DNA of 64,000 nt, from the NCBI RefSeq assembly GCF_032444005.1, contig NC_091288.1, forward strand, positions 207,700,001-207,764,000. Direction: 5' to 3'. The position numbers and the translations under genes were made by a program. This DNA is from Ranitomeya imitator. Its lineage: Eukaryota. The notes below the pieces were generated by a model. That model was not told the DNA's origin, did not search any database, and worked only from the letters and a program-made list of their open reading frames with translations. This document shows, piece after piece, positions 44,880 to 58,900 of the stretch; position 1 is the first letter of the stretch, and each line of letters opens with the position of its first letter.

Positions 44880-47210
44880 CCGATGTACAAAAGTATAACT
44901 ATAAAAGTAAAGCCCCAGTGTACAAGAATATAACTACTATAATACTGCCCCCTATGTACAAGAATATAACTACTATAATACTGCCCCTATGTACAAGAAT
45001 ATAACTACTATAATACTGCCCCTATGTACAAGAATATAACTACTATAATACTGCCCCCTATGTACAGGAATATAACTACTATAATACTGCCCCCTATGTA
45101 CAAGAATATAACTACTATAATACTGCCCCCTATGTACAAGAATATAACTACTGTAATACTGCCCCTATGTACAAGAATAAAACTACAATAATACTGCCCC
45201 TATGTACAAGAATATAACTACTATAATACTGCTCCTATGTACAAGAATATAACTACTGTAATACTGCCCCTATGTACAAGAATATAACTACTATAATACT
45301 GCCCCCTATGTACAGGAATATAACTACTATAATACTGCCCCTATGTACAAGAATATAACTACTATAATACTGCCCCTATGTACAAGAATATAACTACTAT
45401 AATACTGCCCCCTATGTACAAGAATATAACTACTGTAATACTGCCCCTATGTACAAGAATAAAACTACAATAATACTGCCCCCATGTACAAGAATATAAC
45501 TACTATAATACTGCCCCTATGTACAAGAATATAACTACTATAATACTGCTCCTATGTACAAGAATATAACTACTATAATACTGCTCCTATGTACAAGAAT
45601 ATAACTACTATAATACTGCTCCTATGTACAAGAATATAACTACTATAATACTGCCTCTATGTACAAGAATATAACTACTATAATACTGCTCCTATGTACA
45701 AGAATATAACTACTATAATACTGCTCCTATGTACAAGAATATAACTACTATAATACTGCTCCTATGTACAAGAATATAACTACTATAATACTGCCCCTAT
45801 GTACAAGAATATAACTACTATAATACTGCTCCTATGTACAAGAATATAACTACTATAATACTGCTCCTATGTACAAGAATATAACTACTATAATACTGCT
45901 CCCTATGTACAGGAATATAACTACTATAATACTGCCCCTATGTACAAGAATATAACTACTATAATACTGCTCCTATGTACAAGAATATAACTACTATAAT
46001 ACTGCCTTTATGTACAAGAATATAACTACTATAATACTGCCTCTATGTACAAGAATATAACTACTATAATACTGCCCCTATGTACAAGAATATAACTACT
46101 ATAATACTGCCCCTATGTACAAGAATATAACTACTATAATACTGCTCCTATGTACAGGAATATAACTACTATAATACTGCTCCTATGTACAGGAATATAA
46201 CTACTATAATACTGCCCCTATGTACAAGAATATAACTACTATAATACTGCCCCTATGTACAAGAATATAACTACTATAATACTGCTCCTATGTACAAGAA
46301 TATAACTACTATAATACTGCTCCTATGTACAAGAATATAACTACTATAATACTGCCTCTATGTACAAGAATATAACTACTATAATACTGCTCCTATGTAC
46401 AAGAATATAACTACTATAATACTGCTCCTATGTACAAGAATATAACTACTATAATACTGCTCCTATGTACAAGAATATAACTACTATAATACTGCCCCCT
46501 ATGTACAGGAATATAACTACTATAATACTGCCCCTATGTACAAGAATATAACTACTATAATACTGCTCCTATGTACAAGAATATAACTACTATAATACTG
46601 CCTTTATGTACAAGAATATAACTACTATAATACTGCCTCTATGTACAAGAATATAACTACTATAATACTGCCCCTATGTACAAGAATATAACTACTATAA
46701 TACTGCCCCTATGTACAAGAATATAACTACTATAATACTGCTCCTATGTACAGGAATATAACTACTATAATACTGCTCCTATGTACAGGAATATAACTAC
46801 TATAATACTGCCCCTATGTACAAGAATATAACTACTATAATACTGCCCCTATGTACAAGAATATAACTACTATAATACTGCCCCTATGTACAAGAATATA
46901 ACTACTATAATACTGCCCCTATGTACAAGAATATAACTACTATAATACTGCTCCTATGTACAGGAATATAACTACTATAATACTGCTCCTATGTACAGGA
47001 ATATAACTACTATAATACTGCCTTTATGTACAAGAATATAACTACTATAATACTGCCTCTATGTACAAGAATATAACTACTATAATACTGCCCCCTATGT
47101 ACAAGAATATAACTACTATAATAGTGTCCCTATGTACAAGAATATAACTACTATAATACTGCCTCTATGTACAAGAATATAACTACTATAATACTGCCCC
47201 CTATGTACAA
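44880..47210. repeat. 35-36-bp AT-rich minisatellite (tatgtacaagaatataactactataatactgcccc), about 65 copies
   Basis: Direct inspection; period 35 measured at 45551 and 45586. Confidence 0.98.
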
Positions 47211-47730
47211 TATAGGCATCCCTCTTTTTGGGTGGAGTCTATACATCCTTCAAGTCTTACCCATGTAGTAATAGGCTGCTTCTTATTGATTTTGACCCAG
47301 ACAGAAAAATTCCTAAAAATACATCTATATTGCATTCTCTATGAACGGGATCATATATTGCTCCAATCAGCATATTGGCGCTAATTTCAAGCTGATTGCA
47401 CCTCAGAGCGGTTTGCTGGTGAATGGCCATGTATGTGTGCAAATAATCTGCCTTTAATGTGGTTCATAACATATCATGTACACAATGCAGCATGGCGGAG
47501 CCCTGAGGAGCATATACTGTAGACAGATACGCTGATCTGCTTCTCGTGTTGGTATTAATTGCTCTCTGTTTATACTGGGATTTGTAGATATATGAATGAC
47601 CTAATTTATAGTGACGGGATCCAGGGGAGCAGGAAAAAAAGATTTTACCAGCCATGGGGCTCAGATAGATTAATAAGCCTGGATCAACGAAAGCCACACA
47701 TATGTCTGCATTATCGCTAATATCAAGGCT

Positions 47731-48065
47731 ATCTATCATTTATTTATTATCTATCTATTATCAATCTATCTATCTANNNNNNNNNNNNNNNNNNNNNNNN
47801 NNNNNNNNNNNNNNNNNNNNNNNNNNNNNNNNNNNNNNNNNNNNNNNNNNNNNNNNNNNNNNNNNNNNNNNNNNNNNNNNNNNNNNNNNNNNNNNNNNNN
47901 NNNNNNNNNNNNNNNNNNNNNNNNNNNNNNNNNNNNNNNNNNNNNNNNNNNNNNNNNNNNNNNNNNNNNNNNNNNNNNNNNNNNNNNNNNNNNNNNNTCT
48001 ATTTATTATCTATCTATTATCTATCTATTATCTATTTATTATCTATCTATCTATCTGTTATCTAT
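47731..48065. other. Assembly gap (221 N, 47777-47997) within a (TATC)n microsatellite
   Basis: N run flanked on both sides by tatc/atct repeats. Confidence 0.98.
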
Positions 48066-48887
48066 CAATCATTGTATAGACCATCTGCCTTATCGTTGGT
48101 GGTCTGCAGACAGACAGTTCTGATTTTGGGGGGTCACCGTTGTAATGACAGACCACCCAGCGTGCTGATAATAGCTCCTCTAATATCTGATGATGGTGCT
48201 TTCAGATCAAGAATGGGCCCCTATAACAATACCACTGCTGCTGGGGTGGGGGAACTTTTTGGACTTTGTAGCACAATCACCCTAATATTTCTTCGGGGGG
48301 TTCAGGGATGTACATAGAAGGTGCAGAAGTCAGAACAGTATTGAGACCCCAATGTCTGTGTTTTTGTTCTCCGTAAGTGGAGGGCTTGTATCTTGTATCT
48401 TAGGGTTGTATTGTATACCATTAGATACTATCTATTGTTCACTGTTATCAGCCATTCCTATCTCGTTATGCTCCCTGTCCTGATTTTGGCTTCTCTCACA
48501 CACGCTCCTGAGTTTGGGGCGAGTGTCCCAGGTACATGGTGATTGCACCAATCAATATTTTCCTAATTTGGGACAAGAAGATCGATCATGTCTCTTGTCT
48601 GATGCTGGGACCTCCAGTCCCCCCGGGTCGTGCACCTGCCACCTACTACATCTGCAGTGGAGCAGGACGGATGCCCACAGTGCCGCAGAACTCGATCTCA
48701 AACCTTTGCTCTATATAGCAGATGCGGACCCCCCATTGGTGCAGGTCCCCAGAGGTGAGGGGGCCACTACTACCTCCAAAGCGGATGTGCTATTGGCCCA
48801 TATATTGTTCTTGCACAGGGGCCCTCTTCTGTCTGGGTCCGATTTGCTATTTTACTACATTACTATGATAATTCAGCTTCTTCACCG

Positions 48888-49172
48888 GGACAAACTCGGC
48901 TCTGCTACATCTGACAAACTCGGCTCTGCTACATCTGACAAACTTGGCTCTGCTACATCTGACAAACTCGGCTCTGCTACATCTGACAAACTCGGCTCTA
49001 CTACATCTGACAAACTCGGCTCTGCTACATCTGACAAACTCGGCTCTGCTACATCTGACAAACTCGGCTCTGCTACATCTGACAAACTCGGCTCTGCTAC
49101 ACCTGACAAACTCGGCACTGCTACATCTGACAAACTCGGCTCTGCTACATCTGACAAACTCGGCTCTGCTGC
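48888..49172. repeat. 24-bp minisatellite (gacaaactcggctctgctacatct), about 12 copies
   Basis: Direct inspection; explains the DKLGSATS ORF. Confidence 0.95.
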
Positions 49173-49596
49173 ACCGAAGCACAGTGACCTGATCTGAATC
49201 TAGTAAGTGCCCTCTCACCCCACCCGACTGGTGTAACTGGGATAGGTGACAGGGGACCAGTTTTGGGTCCTGCCAGTCACTGGTTGAATAGACAGCTGCA
49301 GTGGTATGTGCACAGGGATGGTGGCACCTGCCTGGCATCACTGCGACAGATTCCGCTAAAGGGTATCTAATCGGTTAAAAGTTGGGTGCCAGTCGCTTGC
49401 GCTGCCCTTGAATATGCCCAGTGCCGTCTGTAATAGGGACTTACCCCGGATCTTGGTTTCGCAGAATTCTGGGCTTCACCCCAGGAGACAGCTGGCATCT
49501 GCCAGGTTCAGGTGAGGGCTCTGATCAGGACATCTGAGCATCTCTGCGGCTTTTCTCCGGCAGACGGGCGATGCGGGGGGATCTGTGCACCGACAC

Positions 49597-49875
49597 CCAC
49601 AGGGGGGCTCCAGGAGGACAGACACAGGGGGGCTCCAGGAGGACAGACACAGGGGGGCTCCAGGAGGACAGACACAGGGGGGCTCCAGGAGGACAGACAC
49701 AGGGGGGCTCCAGGAGGACAGACACAGGGGGGCTCCAGGAGGACAGACACAGGGGGGCTCCAGGAGGACAGACACAGGGGGGCTCCAGGAGGACAGACAC
49801 AGGGGGGCTCCAGGAGGACAGACACAGGGGGGCTCCAGGAGGACAGACACAGGGGGGCTCCAGGAGGACAGACAC
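49597..49875. repeat. 25-bp G-rich minisatellite (gacacaggggggctccaggaggaca), about 11 copies
   Basis: Period 25 measured at 49621, 49646 and 49671. Confidence 0.95.
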
Positions 49876-52186
49876 CCTCCGGCAGGGATGCAATGTGCTG
49901 CCACAGGATGCAGAGGATAAAGCCTCACTAATTGCTCTGCAGATGGATGCTGCTCCCCTGCTCCTGAGCCGCCTCCATTGGCTGTGGCGCTGCAGTGTCG
50001 TCGCTGTGTGTTACTGGATCGCAGCCCCGCATCCTGCCACAGTTTATTCCAAGTTTCCTTCCATGTCTTCTTCTCAGATCAGCACATTGTGAGAGACGCC
50101 TGCAGCCAGATCCTCAGCATCCCGGGAGATGATCAGCCGAAATGCTGCATTGCACTGAACTGGATGGAGCTGCTGTGCTTCATGAGGCCGGACCAATGGA
50201 AGGACCGGGAGGAGACTGCTCCAATCCTAAAAATAATGGCAAATATATTAATATACATGATATGGCAAATAACACCGCGCTTTATCTATGCACACAATCA
50301 CTGCAAATATACAGAAACAGTCATTCAACTCAGCATTACAGGGACGTGATAGGCGCCGGATTATCAGATATTTTGAATTGTTCCTCTTTGCGCTTTTTAT
50401 TTTAGTTTTATGTCAACCACCACTAGGGGGAGCCGTGTGCATATAGACTTCAAAGGATGCAAGCTCCCCCTAGTGGCGGCTGTAAGAAGTAAGGATTTTA
50501 TCATTTAAACAGATCTATCACCAGACATCACAATACAAACTGCATTCATTATTAGATACGCCTCATAGACCTGATGAGGCTCGTGTACTTACTGTGAAAA
50601 TCCATGTTAGATATAATTTGTTCTGAAAAGTTAAACTCAATCTCCCCACCTAGCCTGACCGACAGCTCCTCAGTGTTCCTCTTCCCTGCTGCTTTCTGCC
50701 TACCTAGCTCCTAAGTGGCCCTCCTCCCTGAAGTAAATCTCCACCCTCCTTGCCTAATTGACAGCTCCTAATTGCTCCTTGCCCTTGCTTCTGTTCAACC
50801 TCTGCCCTCCTAGTCTGACAGCTCCTCAAGGTGCCTCCTCCCTGCTGCGGCTGCTGAGATCTCACACTGCTCAGTACAGGAACCATGGACACAGCAGTAT
50901 GAGAGGAGACTGGGAGTTTGGATATACAAAAGCTTCTTTCTGTGCCATCCTGACAAGTAACAGAATGGGGAAATGTCTGTAATCTATTCTCCAGGGAGGA
51001 CAGCCCTGACCCTGCTCTCTGCCTGCGTCACCAACAGCGGCGAGCCCAAAAATCGTGCATTTCTTCAACATATCGAAAACTACAAACACCATAGATCCCT
51101 CATTGGGGCCACGACCGGCAGAACACGGGTTCATCAATCACGCTCGGCCCGATTCAATATTGCGTTTGCGCCTTTTTCTTTTGTCTACTTTTTGCCATTT
51201 TTCACCTGTTTTCATTTGCGCCTTTTTGAAAGTCTGGTTTAACAGAACACACCTCTTTTTTTGCCCTAAAAAAATAAAAAAAAATAAAAAAAAAATTGTA
51301 AAAACAATTTAATGATAAAGAATATTTACTAGTTTGGGAACAAAATTCATGAAAATCGTGCGCCATCTGGAAGAATTTGGTGCAAAAAAAAAAGTCAACG
51401 TATTGCACAAAAGTAACTTAAAAAAAATACGCAAATAATTAATAATTAATCGGACCCTTCATGTCCAGATTATTTTTCTATGCCCGTAGGTGCAGATTCG
51501 CCATCACAAGCCGTGAGAAATAAATGGATAAAATAATTAAAGGCTCTGTGCACACGTCGCAGATTTTGCTGCGGATCCGCAGCAGTTTTCCCTGAGTTTA
51601 CAGTACCATGTAAACCTATGGAAACCAAAATCCGCAGTGCACATGCTGCGGAAAAAAACACGCGGAAACGTAGCGTTGTTTATTCCGCAGCATGTCAATT
51701 CTTTGTGCGGATTCCGCAGCGGGTTACACCTGCTCCATAATAGGAATCCGCACAAAATCCGCTGATTTTGCCTTTAAGGTTCTCTAGGATTCGAGGGAGC
51801 GGCCGATTCCCCAACTCTGCCCTATTGACTCTCAGCAGCTAAGATTTGGGGATTTGGTTTCAGCTTTCCGGAGGTTCGAGGATCTTCGGCCGCGCCTGAA
51901 CACAAGCTGTATTTACTCATCAATTCTTAATGCCCTGGAAGAACAAGAAGGGAGATTGGCAAGATGTCCGGCAGCTCTGGAACAGATACAAGTCCAGACT
52001 ATGCAGAAAGGCAAATACCTGGCGGCAGCTAGAAAGAGGGTCCGGGCCCGAAAACATGGGGTGGTGGTGGGTGGGAGGTTTGGAGCCACAATATTTTACT
52101 GCAATTCAACTTCCCCTTTAAAAAATGTATCCATAAAACTTGGTCGCCCCTATCTGTTTTTATATTTTTTATCTTTTATTTTTTGG

Positions 52187-53306
52187 GGAAAGCTGGGTGA
52201 CATCAAATATGGCTGCCTTAAAGTGATAAATGTCAGAGCTATCTGTGAAAGGTGGGTGGCAAGCAATGTGGATGCCAGTACCCTTACCACAAGAGTGGGC
52301 ACCCAGCTTTTCTTGAGTCATAATAGAAAGCCGAGTGGTATGTGATATCACCAAGCTTTCCGTAAAAAATGATATTTCTACCTTGGATTTCCTATATGGA
52401 CACCGTTACCACTTCTATTTAGGTTGGCACCCAGCTTTCCTACAGTCATGAATGGTGAATCTAACTTGGAAAGCTGAGTAACGTTTTATATGCGCATTAT
52501 TACAGAGCCCATAGAGGGTGGCACCAGGCAAATTAAATTTATATGCATACAGGTTGGCACCCAACTTTCTTACAGTCATGAATGGCGAAACTTGGAAAGC
52601 TGAGTAACGTTTTATATGCGCATTATTACAGAGCCCATGGAGGGTGGCACCAGGCAAATCAAATATATATGCATACAGGTTGGAACACAGCTTTCCTTGA
52701 GTCTCGAATGGCAAATTTAACTTGGAAAGCTGAGTATGATTTTATATGTGTATTATTAAGTGTGCACATAAAATTTTACACTACAGAAGTATTCATAGAA
52801 AAGCTGGGTGTCATCTAATATGGACATCATTACTTGTTGACACCCAGCTTCTGTAAAATCATTAAATGGAAAATTTGCCTGGAAAAGCTGGGTGATATCC
52901 AGTATGGACGCCCATAAAGTATCTGTAAGCGTTGGCACCTAGCGTTCCTTGAGGCATAAATGGCAAATCTGCTGTGGAAAGCTGGGTGACATCAGATTTA
53001 CACATTATTACAGCACCCAAAAATGTTGGCACCCTGTTTTCTTTGGGGGGGGGCATGAATGGCAAACGTATCTGGAAAAGCCCGAAGGCTGAAACTGTTC
53101 CTTGAATCACGTAGGGCAACTCTGTCTAGGAAAGCTGGGTGACGTCTAATATCTGTGTCATGACATCATCCATATAGGTTAGCACCCAGCTTTCGTGAAA
53201 AGTCAAATCTAACCTTTAATATAAACAATTCTAATAGAGGATCGCACTCAACTTTCCTTGTATCCTGAATGGCAGATTGGTCATTCAGGACTCCAGAAAA
53301 GTTGGG
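52187..53306. repeat. Degenerate array of alternating inverted motifs CACCCAGCTTTCC / GGAAAGCTGRGTG
   Basis: Motif pairs separated by a conserved spacer of about 25-30 nt; best copies at 52428-52479, 52558-52605 and about 52684-52733. Confidence 0.75.
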
Positions 53307-53693
53307 AATTCTTCCTCAGTAAAATGGTTCTGATGTTTGTAAACTGATTTGTACCCGGAAACCTCTGTAGTAATTGTCTCCGATACCCTGGAGTGTCAGA
53401 CACATTAAATATAACCTGCGGCCTGCCTAAGCCTGCTTTACTGACTGAGAGGGGATTGAGCGGCTGAATTCATTACGGCAGCCATCCATTACTGCATTAA
53501 CTCCTCAGAGCTGCTGATCGCAGGATATTTACGTTGTCACTGAGATTACTGACGACGACGTCCGACGTGAAACGCAGAACTCGGCAAAATCCCACATTTT
53601 ACATGGGAACGTGGCCACTTTGCATTTCCCAGTGGGATTGTGAGATGTCAGCACCATGAATGGGTCGCATTAATGTCACACTCCGGGTATAAG

Positions 53694-54873
53694 TGGATCG
53701 CCCCCAAGGGCAGTGGGGTATTCGGTACCGGGTCCTTCGGTTCTCGGGGGGATGTCACGGGGGCTGAGCCGGTCCGTGGCCCTTGGGACGTCCTTGTTAA
53801 CGAGAAAGGTCTTTAAAGTGGAAATGTTCGTGACGCCACCTGTGGTATTCGGTCAGGAGGACCGACGCTGCTTAGGGGTCCGCTGGGGTGATGTTACGGC
53901 AGCTAGATGGTACGTATACCTTCCCACAGGTGAAGTATATCCCCAGGGCTTCCCAGTGTGTAGATGGTGGCTGGTGAGAGGCGCAGAGAAGAACGAGGAC
54001 ACAAGGTTGCAGTCTCTTTACCTTTACTGAAGGGTTCAGCATCCACAGTCCAGAGCACCAGATCACAGGGCAGGCAGAATCCGGCCGGTTTGGAGGCAAA
54101 TCCAGAGTCCCCTTGTCCAGGTAGAAATCAGTAGCCTTCCTCTAGCGCCGTGTGTTGTAGTACTTTACTGCTGAGCTTCTCATAAGGTCCTCACAACTGT
54201 TGAAGATGTTGTAGATGTTATGTCTCTCTCTGTCCCCCAGATGGATAGGATAAACCTGTATGACCGGTGGCTTGAGGCGTTTTACAGGGACTCTATCATG
54301 CCCCAGCCTCTAAGTGGTGCCACCTTGTGTCCTGGGTATAGGGCGGGCAGGTAACGTGAAATTAGCTGTCCTGCCGGTCTCTGGAGCAAGGCATAAAGGA
54401 CTGTTGCTCCCTCGGTGTTCCGGCTACCGGGATCCTGCGCCTCAGAAGGAGGCAGCCTGTGTAGGGCAGAACTCCTCTGATATCCACTCCTTTGCTACGA
54501 CTTCTTCACCCTCTCTGCAATACAGTTCTCCTTCATTGTCTTTTTCTAGAAGCTGCCGCACTTAGGGCAGGCGCAGCTCCGTGTCCTTCTGTCTCAGCCT
54601 CTGACAGGCTCCCACCCCTATCAGGGACCAACTACCTGAGCGAAGCTCAGCCAGCAACTAACTAACTTCCTCCCCAGGCAACCAGCTTTACCTAAGTGTG
54701 AGGAGTGCCCTAATAAATAGGAGCATAGCTCCCCCTGGTGGCCTGGAGTATGAAATGTGTTGTATGTTTGTGATACCTGGATGCAGTTGTCCTTCTTTGC
54801 CTCCAAACGTAATATCACTCTTCCCTAGATGAAAATTACATTACTGCAATGACCAGGACCCTGGGGCGCTGCA
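53694..54873 (-). mobile_element. Solo LTR (Ty3/Gypsy-type), same family as 31258-32445, opposite orientation
   Basis: tggatcgccccc ... ggggcgctgca termini; exact 4-bp TSD taag at 53690-53693 and 54874-54877. Confidence 0.9.
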
Positions 54874-55967
54874 TAAGCTGATGTAGTCCCGCTGATCGGG
54901 GTCCATTTACCACAGCTGGTTCAGCCACTGGAAATCCAACATGCCGGATCCTTCTCTCCCCTGACATCATCTGTCCGGGAAGAGTTGGTTGGACCCCATA
55001 CACATTATGCTGTTGTCCAATCCTGCTATCAATGTGTGCAACTGAATTTTATGGGGGTCTCTATTGTGGCACTTACAGTCACTTTGCCCCTATTGAAGTC
55101 CTTAAGTGTTCTCACTCACTATAGTACCACTTTCACGGCCCCTATAAAGTATGATACCACCAAAAACGTCTCTTGTACACAGTATGATAGCACCACATGC
55201 ACCGTATGGTGACCCTACAGTGGCCCCAGCACAGTATGATGTCACCCCCAACACAGTATGATGTCACCCCCAAAACAGGATGATGTCGCCCCTGTGACCC
55301 CACAAGTATTATGAGGCCTCTAGTAACGCCCAACTCAATGACATACCCCATAGCCCCCCAGACTATATTATGCCCTAAAAGTGACTCCACCCACAGTATG
55401 AGGACCCCCACAGTCCGCCAGACAGCGTGATGTCCCCTATAACCCTGCTCCGGTCCTGGCTCTGCGCGGACTGAGGCTCGGCGTGATCTAGATCTCTCCT
55501 GCTGGGTTCAGTCTCTGACTCTGCGGAGCCTCGTTTTATATGAAATTACAGGGTCTCACAAAATCTCGTCCATATTTATGTGGACATTTTCCAGGTAGGT
55601 TTTATGATTGACCGCAGAGGTCATTTCTGTCGCGGATAGCGATGAGGATTTTGCTGCAATTACCCACAGATCCGCAGCAAATTCTGCAGGGGCAGATCAC
55701 AGTTATGGAAACAAATCTGCTCGGTTTTCTGAGCCAGAAAGCAAAAGATTTCACTGCAGAATTGCTAAGGATTATGTGACGTGAGGATTTCACCCGATGG
55801 CGCCGTCTCTGGGATCATCTCTGGCTGCCATTGACGGGATTATTTCTGGCGGCATGTGATCTCTGGAGGGGTCTGTGACTGCCACATTCACAGCTGGCGG
55901 TGTCATTTTTTATTACAGGGCATTGATGGCTGCCCCCTCCGTAGGGACGTTGTACTGCTCCTATAGG

Positions 55968-58900
55968 TGGCACAGTGTTACTATGGAGCCTCTGTGGCTG
56001 GCACATTGTTATGGGTGGTCTGGCCTGCACATTGTTATGGGTGGCCTGGCTGGCACATTGTTATGGGTGGTCTGGCTGGCACAGTGTTATGGGTGGTCTG
56101 GCCTGCACATTGTTATGGGTGGCCTGGCTGGCACATTGTTATGGGTGGTCTGGCTGGCACATTGTTATGGGTGGTCTGGCCTGCACATTGTTATGGGTGG
56201 TCTGGCTGGCACATTGTTATGGGTGGTCTGGCTGGCACAGTGTTATGGGTGGTCTGGCTGGCACAGTGTTATGGGTGGTCTGGCTGGCACAGTGTTATGG
56301 GTGGTCTGGCTGGCACAGTGTTATGGGTGGTCTGGCTGGCACATTGTTATGGGTGGTCTGGCTGGCACATTGTTATGGGTGGTCTGGCTGGCACATTGTT
56401 ATGGGTGGTCTGGCTGGCACATTGTTATAGGTGGCCTGGCTGGCACATTGTTATGGGTGGTCTGGCTGGCACAGTGTTATGGGTGGTCTGGCTGGCACAG
56501 TGTTATGGGTGGTCTGGCTGGCACAGTGTTATGGGTGGTCTGGCCTGCACATTGTTATGGGTGGTCTGGCTGGCACATTGTTATGGGTGGTCTGGCTGGC
56601 ACAGTGTTATGGGTGGTCGGGCTGGCACATTGTTATGGGTGGCCTGGCTGGCACATTGTTATGGGTGGCCTGGCTGGCACATTGTTATGGGTGGTCTGGC
56701 TGGCACATTGTTATGGGTGGCCTGGCTGGCACATTGTTATGGGTGGTCTGGCTGGCACATTGTTATGGGTGGTCTGGCCGGCACAGTGTTATGGGTGGTC
56801 TGGCTGGCACAGTGTTATGGGTGGTCTGGCTGGCACATTGTTATGGGTGGTCTGGCTGGCACATTGTTATGGGTGGTCTGGCCGGCACATTGTTAAGGGT
56901 GGTCGGCTGGCACATTGTTATGGGTGGTCTGGCCGGCACATTGTTATGGGTGGCCTGGCTGGCACATTGTTATGGGTGGTCTGGCTGGCACATTGTTATG
57001 GGTGGTCTGGCCGGCACAGTGTTATGGGTGGTCTGGCTGGCACATTGTTATGGGTGGTCTGGCCGGCACAGTGTTATGGGTGGTCTGGCTGGCACATTGT
57101 TATGGGTGGTCTGGCTGGCACATTGTTATGGGTGGTCGGCTGGCACATTGTTATGGGTGGTCTGGCCGGCACATTGTTATGGGTGGTCGGCTGGCACATT
57201 GTTATGGGTGGTCTGGCTGGCACATTGTTATGGGTGGTCTGGCTGGCACAGTGTTATGGGTGGTCTGGCCTGTACATCGTTATGGGTGGTCTGGCTGGCA
57301 CATTGTTATGGGTGGTCGGCTGGCACATTGTTATGGGTGGTCTGGCCGGCACATTGTTATGGGTGGCCTGGCTGGCACATTGTTATGGGTGGTCTGGCTG
57401 GCACATTGTTATGGGTGGTCTGGCTGGCACAGTGTTATGGGTGGTCTGGCCTGTACATCGTTATGGGTGGTCTGGCTGGCACATTGTTATGGGTGGTCGG
57501 CTGGCACATTGTTATGGGTGGTCTGGCCGGCACATTGTTATGGGTGGCCTGGCTGGCACATTGTTATGGGTGGCCTGGCTGGCACATTGTTATGGGTGGT
57601 CTGGCTGGCACATTGTTATGGGTGGTCTGGCCTGCACATTGTTATGGGTGGTCTGGCCTGCACATTGTTATGGGTGGTCTGGCTGGCACAGTGTTATGGG
57701 TGGTCTGGCCTGCACATTGTTATGGGTGGTCTGGCTGGCACATTGTTATGGGTGGTCTGGCTGGCACATTGTTATGGGTGGCCTGGCTGGCACATTGTTA
57801 TGGGTGGCCTGGCTGGCACATTGTTATGGGTGGTCTGGCTGGCACATTGTTATGGGTGGTCTGGCCTGCACATTGTTATGGGTGGTCTGGCCGGCACATT
57901 GTTATGGGTGGTCTGGCTGGCATGTATGGCTTCCTTTGTGGCTGGTAAACTCCTTTTGGGGTGCATAATGGGTGGTCTGGCTGGCACAGTGTTATGGGTG
58001 GCCTGGCTGGCACATTGTTATGGGTGGTCTGGCTGGCACATTGTTATGGGTGGTCTGGCTGGCACATTGTTATAGGTGGCCTGGCTGGCACATTGTTATG
58101 GGTGGTCTGGCTGGCACAGTGTTATGGGTGGTCTGGCTGGCACAGTGTTATGGGTGGTCTGGCTGGCACAGTGTTATGGGTGGTCTGGCCTGCACATTGT
58201 TATGGGTGGTCTGGCCTGCACATTGTTATGGGTGGTCTGGCTGGCACATTGTTATGGGTGGCCTGGCTGGCACATTGTTATAGGTGGCCTGGCTGGCACA
58301 GTGTTATGGGTGGTCTGGCTGGCACATTGTTATGGGTGGTCTGGCCTGCACATTGTTATGGGTGGTCTGGCTGGCACAGTGTTATGGGTGGTCTGGCTGG
58401 CACATTGTTATGGGTGGTCTGGCCTGCACATTGTTATGGGTGGTCTGGCTGGCACAGTGTTATGGGTGGTCTGGCCTGCACATTGTTATGGGTGGTCTGG
58501 CCGGCACATTGTTATGGGTGGTCTGGCCGGCACATTGTTATGGGTGGTCTGGCTGGCACATTGTTATGGGTGGTCTGGCTGGCACATTGTTATGGGTGGT
58601 CTGGCTGGCACATTGTTATGGGTGGTCTGGCCTGCACATTGTTATGGGTGGTCTGGCTGGCACATTGTTATAGGTGGCCTGGCTGGCACATTGTTATGGG
58701 TGGTCTGACTGGCACAGTGTTATGGGTGGTCTGGCTGGCACATTGTTATGGGTGGTCTGGCTGGCACATTGTTATGGGTGGTCTGGCTGGCACATTGTTA
58801 TGGGTGGTCTGGCTGGCACATTGTTATGGGTGGCCTGGCCGGCACATTGTTATGGGTGGTCTGGCTGGCACATTGTTATGGGTGGCCTGGCTGGCACATT

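Noticed and set aside
44880-47210. Regular repeat resembling a CRISPR array
   Set aside because: The units are directly adjacent with no unique spacers, there are no cas genes, and the context is eukaryotic.
48514-50092. DKLGSATS and GGQTQGG repeat ORFs
   Set aside because: They derive from the 24-bp and 25-bp minisatellites.
52187-53306. Palindromic repeats with spacers as a CRISPR array
   Set aside because: The spacers are homologous to each other and variable in length; kept only as an unexplained hairpin array.
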